Source: an uncultured Desulfobacter sp. (GTDB lineage: Bacteria; Desulfobacterota; Desulfobacteria; Desulfobacterales; Desulfobacteraceae). From it: a stretch of 64,000 bases of DNA. The position numbers were made by a program, and so were the translations under genes. Where the stretch lies: the NCBI GenBank assembly GCA_963665095.1, contig OY762069.1, positions 2,912,001 through 2,976,000 of the forward strand, given 5' to 3'. Position 1 is the first letter of the stretch, and every line of letters starts with the position of its first letter. This document shows, in pieces, positions 62,101 to 64,000 of this stretch. Under the pieces are notes generated by a model, which saw only the letters and a program-made list of their open reading frames with translations, was not told the DNA's origin and searched no databases.

Positions 62101-63481
62101 GATTGACCACCGGCATCAGGTCAAAAAAAGCATCTGCTCTACCGACGGAAACAGCATTGATGGCCTCGGTGGTATTCTTTACCTCTATGACTTTCACGTC
62201 CGGATAGTTTCTGAGTACTTCCTGCAGGTAAAACCCTTTGGGAACAGCAAAGCGTTTACCGGCCAGATCCCGGATGGAATTCACATGGGGGAAATCTTTA
62301 CGGGTATAAAGGCGCTGGACCATATGGACATAGGGCTGTGTGAACTCAAGAAACGTTTCCCGTTCAGGGGTTTTGGCAATATTGAGCATCACGTCAATGG
62401 CGCCTGATTTAGCCAGTTCCATGAATTCATCCCAGGAGGGCCCGTTAATAAACTGGACCTGTATCCCCAGTGTCTGGGCCAGTAAATTCATATAGTCGAT
62501 TGAAAAGCCTTTAGGCATTCCGCCTGCATTGAAATTAAACGGTGCCCAGTCAGATTCGTTATGGGCCAGAATCAGGGGGTGGCGGGCCAAAAAGTCTGCC
62601 TCGTCCTCTGTAAGCGCCACCCTGGACCGTGATCCGTCCTGACGGTCCTTTTCAGAAAAGGTTTTCATCAGGTCCGTATAGTCGGCGATACTTGTTCCCT
62701 TCTCCTGCCAGATCAGGTCAAAATCGGAATTTCGCCGCATCTGGCGTTTCACAAAAAGCTTGGCCGCCAGGATCAGGGTTTCGTTGTTTGTGTCGAATCC
62801 CCAGGCAAGCTGTTTGGCAGGCCCGACGGAAAAGGCGATACGCAGGTCTTTGGCACGACCTGCCAGTTCTTTAAATACGGTGGTGGCGTTGCAGAGGGTA
62901 AAATCGACCTGTTTTTTTGATACGGCGTCCCAGGCGTCATAGGTCTTCATAAATTCAATGGTCACGGGCTCCCGGGAGAAGTCGGCCTGATTCTGTTCAT
63001 CCAGCCAGGTGTGGTAAGAGGTATTTTTCATCACGGCGGCCGTATGGCCGCGCAAACTGTTCCGGCTCTGGAATTTATCCAGGTTGTCCTTGTGAACCAG
63101 GACCACGGTCCGGGTTTCGTAAAGAGGCACCAGGGTCATTTTGGTTTTACGCCAGTCATTGACGACCAGGTCATTGGGATAGCAGTCGCATTCCCCGGAG
63201 GCCAGCGGTTTGGGCGTATAGCTCTCTTCGCGTATCGTAACGCCGTCGTCGTTGTGAAACTGATGATCCCAGGAGGGTAAGGTTTGAACCGCGGCACGAA
63301 CATTGAGCCATTTGGCAAACACCCGGCCCATTTCTTCATAATAATCACTGGATGAACCAGCCGTACAGATCCTAAATTCCTGGGTTTTGTTAATTTCCGC
63401 CAGAGATCGGGCCATGGCGGCAGACGGGCTAAACAGGATCAGAACAGCAAGGGCAATCAGGGAAACGCGCAACTTTTCCAT
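59159..63481 (-). CDS. Membrane sensor: four family-3 substrate-binding domains, TM, PAS-like domain and SpoIIE/PP2C phosphatase
   Basis: Repeated DWAPF/DWPPF/RRPF...FT.PY; SINYAGTIQ, DVVGGDIY, GDCTGHGVPGA, SDG, RRDD. Confidence 0.9.
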   Translation of the reverse strand: MEKLRVSLIALAVLILFSPSAAMARSLAEINKTQEFRICTAGSSSDYYEEMGRVFAKWLNVRAAVQTLPSWDHQFHNDDGVTIREESYTPKPLASGECDCYPNDLVVNDWRKTKMTLVPLYETRTVVLVHKDNLDKFQSRNSLRGHTAAVMKNTSYHTWLDEQNQADFSREPVTIEFMKTYDAWDAVSKKQVDFTLCNATTVFKELAGRAKDLRIAFSVGPAKQLAWGFDTNNETLILAAKLFVKRQMRRNSDFDLIWQEKGTSIADYTDLMKTFSEKDRQDGSRSRVALTEDEADFLARHPLILAHNESDWAPFNFNAGGMPKGFSIDYMNLLAQTLGIQVQFINGPSWDEFMELAKSGAIDVMLNIAKTPERETFLEFTQPYVHMVQRLYTRKDFPHVNSIRDLAGKRFAVPKGFYLQEVLRNYPDVKVIEVKNTTEAINAVSVGRADAFFDLMPVVNHLMDQLQITNIKVGGYLGISEGAPIPLHIGVSRKVAPLSGILEKAMAAVPEEKLLLLRKKWLGETSVIIPGANLSSDEKKWISNKKRPLVVANELDWPPFDFAVDGQPKGLSIDMIRLAAKKTGLDLKFVNGYTWSQLLDKFKAKEIDILPAVYMTSDRKTYMAFTSPYSTNPCVVVARSDRTDIKTLADLSGMTVGVVDDFSTADVMKERYPDITQQVVKNVEQGLKEVSLKHVDAFIGSMGVISHILDTRVIPDIRIMDEVLLNTKEETDLHMAVLKENVVLRDILQKGIDAFTSEELREMRRRWLPFLEGFQGKLYDLLTPKERRWLSEHRTLRLGDDFVRRPFTFLDENNQFTGIAAGYTDALSKRLGVDFVYISGLTWKQTIEGIKTGDLDVLPAVTPTEAHKEILHFTQPYISFPIVIATRKDGAFVDSLTDLLGKKIGVVADDITREIMTRDFPGLSLVNCNSVADGLNVLGRKEIAAFVGNLGSITYEIESNKLDDIKIAAPTKYRFELCIGVRKDWPQLAAILDKALGTIDDKERSAIKNAWMAIEVNYGIDLRTIILWVAPFAASAFLVIGFVMVWNRRLGKEIMERKKAEKEVRKSHKLMEDIINSLPFWLSVKDPEGRFRLINKLQKESTTQDAAPAAGSQSDMTDLDYQVLNQGKTVEIPEYVTQTPDGDRFRRMLKVPWKDVDGQVNGVIAWSEDITERKKLREQRDDAFQVIKSSINYAGTIQRSVLPTRQTMQEILGNYFVLWEPRDVVGGDIYWCRRWGQGGLLLLGDCTGHGVPGAFMTLIATGALDRALMIVEPGDTAGLISTMHKIVQQILVQDLSACDDDHCSDDGLEMGVLFIPDKKDKLIFAGAGFPLFCVDGSSVSKIKGDRKGIGYRYITQDTTWTNTVLQVRPGLRFYMSSDGIFDQIGGPKQRGFGKKHFMKLIESVQDMPVSQQGDAIYNTFKDYQGAAKRRDDVSAVGFEI

Positions 63482-63652
63482 TTTATTCTCCACTCGGACT
63501 CATAGTATAGTTACGGACTATACTTTAGTTATTTTCCGACCGCAAGCACGGATATGGGTTAAAAAATCGGGTATGGAACAGCGCGTTAACCTTTTTGGAT
63601 AAAAAATTTTATTTGCCGGCAACATCAAAGTTTTTAAAAAAATACGAACCTT

Positions 63653-64000
63653 TTACACTTTTTTCGCCTGGCCGGACAGGTATTGGGAGATATCCACCTT
63701 GTCCAATTGTTCGGGTTTCAGGTTCCACTTGGCGTATTCTGCGTATACCCCGCTTGTGAGAAACAGATCAAAGAGTTCGGCATCAATATGCTGGTCATTT
63801 CGCATGAAACTTAAAATTTTCAAGGCCTGACTTAAAGTTTTCGCTTGTTTATACGGCCTGTCTGCAGCGGTCAATGCCTCAAATATATCTGCAATGGCCA
63901 GAATTTTGGCCTTTGTGGACATCTCATCGGCCGCTTTTTTCCTGGGGTAACCGGTGCCGATCATGGTTTCATGATGGCAGCCTGCAATACTCACCACCTG
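63653..64000 (-). CDS. HD-GYP phosphodiesterase, C-terminal part (5' end outside window)
   Basis: HHETMIGTGYP, ILAIADIFEALTAADRPYK. Confidence 0.9.
   Translation of the reverse strand, partial: QVVSIAGCHHETMIGTGYPRKKAADEMSTKAKILAIADIFEALTAADRPYKQAKTLSQALKILSFMRNDQHIDAELFDLFLTSGVYAEYAKWNLKPEQLDKVDISQYLSGQAKKV

Overview
Bacterial chromosomal window whose gene content (sigma54-rich signalling, SLC13 transporters, CGGC protein) suggests a sulfate-reducing deltaproteobacterium such as Desulfobacteraceae; this is inference. From left to right: (1) a PAP2 + two LtaS/MdoB-like sulfatase + OmpR-type two-component operon. (2) A decaying integron cassette array with no integrase in view (11.66-16.84 kb, minus strand; four attC sites plus one half site; cassettes include BrnT/BrnA, DUF4440 and an alpha/beta hydrolase). 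It carries two different group II introns at attC sites: a degenerate antisense IIC-attC intron, and a structurally complete ORF-less ~1 kb IIB-like intron in sense orientation whose candidate EBS1/EBS2 pair with the attC right end. (3) IS66/IS256 debris, a TonB-receptor/ABC uptake operon and an intact IS5/IS1182-like element. (4) A 20-kb sigma54-controlled cluster with two parallel kinase-receiver-SLC13 transporter modules, USPs and an acyl-CoA ligase/GNAT fusion. (5) A cobalamin-riboswitch operon encoding a TrpD paralog with altered substrate residues and a Zn-dehydrogenase-CobT fusion, a candidate undescribed cobamide lower-ligand pathway. (6) birA-bioY-ECF biotin uptake with a BirA operator, and a large multi-sensor PP2C phosphatase. 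All calls come from reading motifs by eye; no database searches were run.
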